From: Alphaproteobacteria bacterium
Lineage (GTDB): Bacteria; Pseudomonadota; Alphaproteobacteria; JAJFIK01
Direction of reading: 5' to 3'
Length of the DNA: 62,867 nt
NCBI GenBank assembly: GCA_046538635.1
Contig: JBKHIN010000001.1
Coordinates: 1 to 62,867, forward strand
Shown here: piece after piece, positions 60,778 to 62,867 of the stretch
Layout: every line of letters begins with the position of its first letter
Position numbering within the stretch: position 1 is the first letter of the stretch
The notes under the pieces: generated by a model
What the model saw: only the letters and a program-made list of their open reading frames with translations
The model's database searches: none
What the model was told of the DNA's origin: nothing
Translations under genes and position numbers: made by a program

Positions 60778-61473
60778 ATGATGCGGGTCCAAACGCCTTG
60801 TATGGTTCTGCTGGCAGCGATGGGGGCAATGTCCGTTTCCGGATGCTTCAGCCGGTTTGAACACCTGGCGGCATGCCATGAAGCCCATGGCGGCACCCAG
60901 TACAAGTGCGACAAGTACAATGAGCGGCGCGCGGATAGGGAGCAAAGGCGGGACGCCATACGCCGGAACAAATGGTTCGCCACGCAGACGGCCGCGAAAA
61001 CCCGGAAAAACTGGCGCGCGGAACTCGCCGACGCCCGCAGGGAGAACCACGCCGCGATTGCCGCGAAATACTCGCAATTCGGCTGGCTGAGCGGCGCCTG
61101 GTGCAGTACCGGCGAAGACGGGTCCGAGAACAATGTCCGGATCCGGTTTCTGGACCGTGAGACCGTGCGCCTTGCCCGCTTTCAATGGAAACCTTCGAAA
61201 AACGGGAAGCGCGCCTCGAAATACTTCTCAAAAGGAAAACGCCATCTGCGATCCGGGGAATCGACCGTCGAAGTCTGGGGCGTGACCGAGAAAAGTAAAC
61301 ATAGCGACCATACTTGGGCGCGCCTGGACAAATTCCGCAAGGGACCCGGTGGCAACCTCATCTATGTTTCGCAGATTTATTACGTGCCGGACACCGCAGA
61401 TCCCCAGGTTCCGTTCTCGGGCACCAGGGGCAAGGAATATGGCCGCAACATCGAATTCCGCCGCTGCGGCTGA
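60778..61473 (+). CDS. Orphan putative lipoprotein
   Basis: ATG at 60778 after GGGAGGGG. MMRVQTPCMVLLAAMGAMSVSGC gives a signal peptide plus lipobox V-S-G-C. Lys/Arg-rich mature protein. Locally lower GC. No family recognised. Confidence 0.6.
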   Translation: MMRVQTPCMVLLAAMGAMSVSGCFSRFEHLAACHEAHGGTQYKCDKYNERRADREQRRDAIRRNKWFATQTAAKTRKNWRAELADARRENHAAIAAKYSQFGWLSGAWCSTGEDGSENNVRIRFLDRETVRLARFQWKPSKNGKRASKYFSKGKRHLRSGESTVEVWGVTEKSKHSDHTWARLDKFRKGPGGNLIYVSQIYYVPDTADPQVPFSGTRGKEYGRNIEFRRCG

Positions 61474-61583
61474 TCAACGGCGGCCCAATCAACCGCCGAT
61501 CCGAATATTCCGTCGTTGGTATTGGGAAGACAATCAACCCCGTGCGGCCGGAATATCCTATCCCCTCCGGTAACGGTCCGATC

Positions 61584-62453
61584 CTACTTGCGGCTGAAGC
61601 GGGTGAAGTAGCGGGGGTCGATCCGGGAGACGGGGAAGACGATCATCACATCCGTGGTATTGAACTGCCAGTCGATAACGGCGCCCTCGCCGATATAGGC
61701 TCCCGCCCGCACATAACCGCGGATCAGGGGCGGCAGGGCGCGAAACCCTTCCCGTGTGCCGATCTCGTCCTTGGGCCGCCGGTTCATCCCCACATAGAGA
61801 TGGTCGAGAGCGCGCACGTTCCACTCCGGCGGCGCGGAACAATAATGGTGCAGGAACGAAAGCGGCAGCGCCAGCGCATCCGGATCCGTTCCCTCGAACG
61901 AGGCGCAGCCGAACATCACGTCGAGGCGGTAATGGGTGAGATAGCCCATGATACCGTGCCAGAGCAGTTCGATGGTGGGCTTGGAGCGGTAGTCCCTGTG
62001 TGTGCAGGAACGGCCCAGTTCCAGAAAGCGCAAGCCCTTGTCGGCCCGGTCCAGCAGCGGCTGAATCTCGTATTCGGATGCCGAATAAAAGCCGAAATTC
62101 TGTTCCGCCACTTCCTGACGCAACAAGCGGTAGGTGCCCACCACGGCGGGCCGGCCATCGGGCCGCGGCGGGGCCGACGTGTCCAGCACCAGCAAATGAT
62201 CGCAGATGGGATCGAACCGATCGAAGTCGCGGCCCGCAGCGCGGACCTCGTCCGACGCCTGCGCCGCCATTTCCTCGTAGAAGACGTGGTAGCGCAGCGC
62301 CTGGGAGGCCTCGATGTCCGACGGATCGAAGGCAAGCCGGACTTCCAGCGATCCGGATGCGGCGATCGGCGGACCATTCGGGGCGAATGCCTCGCGCGGC
62401 GGCGGATTGGGGTTCGCCGGACCGCCTCCGCCCGTCAAGGTGTCCATGCTCAT
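61584..62453 (-). CDS. olsB: Ornithine lipid N-acyltransferase OlsB-like (GNAT/hemolysin-like family)
   Basis: 289 aa. OlsB-like blocks: ALRYHVFYEEM, DRFDPICDHLLV, GTYRLL, FLELGRSC, LWHGIMGY and LIRGYVRAGA. Confidence 0.8.
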   Translation of the reverse strand: MSMDTLTGGGGPANPNPPPREAFAPNGPPIAASGSLEVRLAFDPSDIEASQALRYHVFYEEMAAQASDEVRAAGRDFDRFDPICDHLLVLDTSAPPRPDGRPAVVGTYRLLRQEVAEQNFGFYSASEYEIQPLLDRADKGLRFLELGRSCTHRDYRSKPTIELLWHGIMGYLTHYRLDVMFGCASFEGTDPDALALPLSFLHHYCSAPPEWNVRALDHLYVGMNRRPKDEIGTREGFRALPPLIRGYVRAGAYIGEGAVIDWQFNTTDVMIVFPVSRIDPRYFTRFSRK

Positions 62454-62867
62454 GATTGTGCGGTTGTCCTTCCCGCTCGTGCACGGAACATTCCGGTCCG
62501 ATTTTCCGGCCTTTCTGTTACGAAAACCATATGCCCTGCCGCTTCCTCACCGGCCTCGCCGGCTGGCACAAATCGCATTTCCGGTATCCGCTACCTGGCA
62601 TGCGGAACCGGATTGTCTGACTCCCCGTGCCGTTCACACGGACCGCGCCCCTGCTTTGATTCCGGCGGCGCCGTTTCCTCCCGGTCCGCGGGTTACGGAA
62701 AAGGCCCGTATCCGGGCGGACCCGGCTCAGCCTAGCCAATGCTGAAGACGGTTCAAGTGATAATCACCATAATGCCTAACGCGGCCTTGATGCACCGCGC
62801 TGCCCTCTGAAACCGGCCCGGGCCCGTTCCCTCAAGGCCTTCAGGCGCTGCCCGCGAAGGTTCCGGG

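Noticed and set aside
1-62867. Search for CRISPR arrays, rRNA/tRNA genes, IS elements, integrases, and phage or conjugation genes
   Set aside because: No regularly spaced repeats, no transposase/integrase/recombinase-like ORFs and no cloverleaf-capable sequences were seen in any intergenic region. All spacers above about 150 nt were read on both strands.

Overview
This is a high-GC chromosomal segment with alphaproteobacterial gene order, almost entirely core housekeeping. I support about 58 protein-coding genes. Left to right they are: zapE, mmsA, a CapA-family gene, sdhCDAB, a MaoC-hydratase/CitE-lyase pair, pdxY, irr divergent from fabA-fabB-fabI, and the minus-strand cluster rimP-nusA-ylxR-like-infB-rbfA-truB-rpsO-pnp. 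These are followed by trmB-metK, an XRE regulator, miaB-phoH-ybeY-corC-lnt, fur-plsC-family, tsaB-rimI, a nifU-like gene, a class III cyclase, trpS, murJ, glnD, mutS, maeB and olsB. I found no rRNA, tRNA, CRISPR array, transposase, integrase or phage genes. I see no convincing multi-gene novel system, and most of the window is ordinary. The most unusual locus is the translation/ribosome-maturation cluster, which is interrupted at two separate junctions. A vapBC toxin-antitoxin pair sits between infB and rbfA. A lower-GC, opposite-strand orphan gene for a 341-aa four-TM protein with no family I can recognise sits between rbfA and truB. Other points worth checking:
- a near-consensus Irr-box (ICE) directly upstream of fur
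- a ylxR-like gene whose conserved N-terminal motif lies upstream of any canonical start codon
- a tightly coupled 46-codon ORF after glnD
- several perfect palindromes or direct repeats in regulator promoters
- an orphan lower-GC lipoprotein gene
The many long R/A/G/P-rich ORFs antisense to core genes are high-GC shadow ORFs and were rejected. All family calls rest on motif and sequence recognition by eye; no database search was run.
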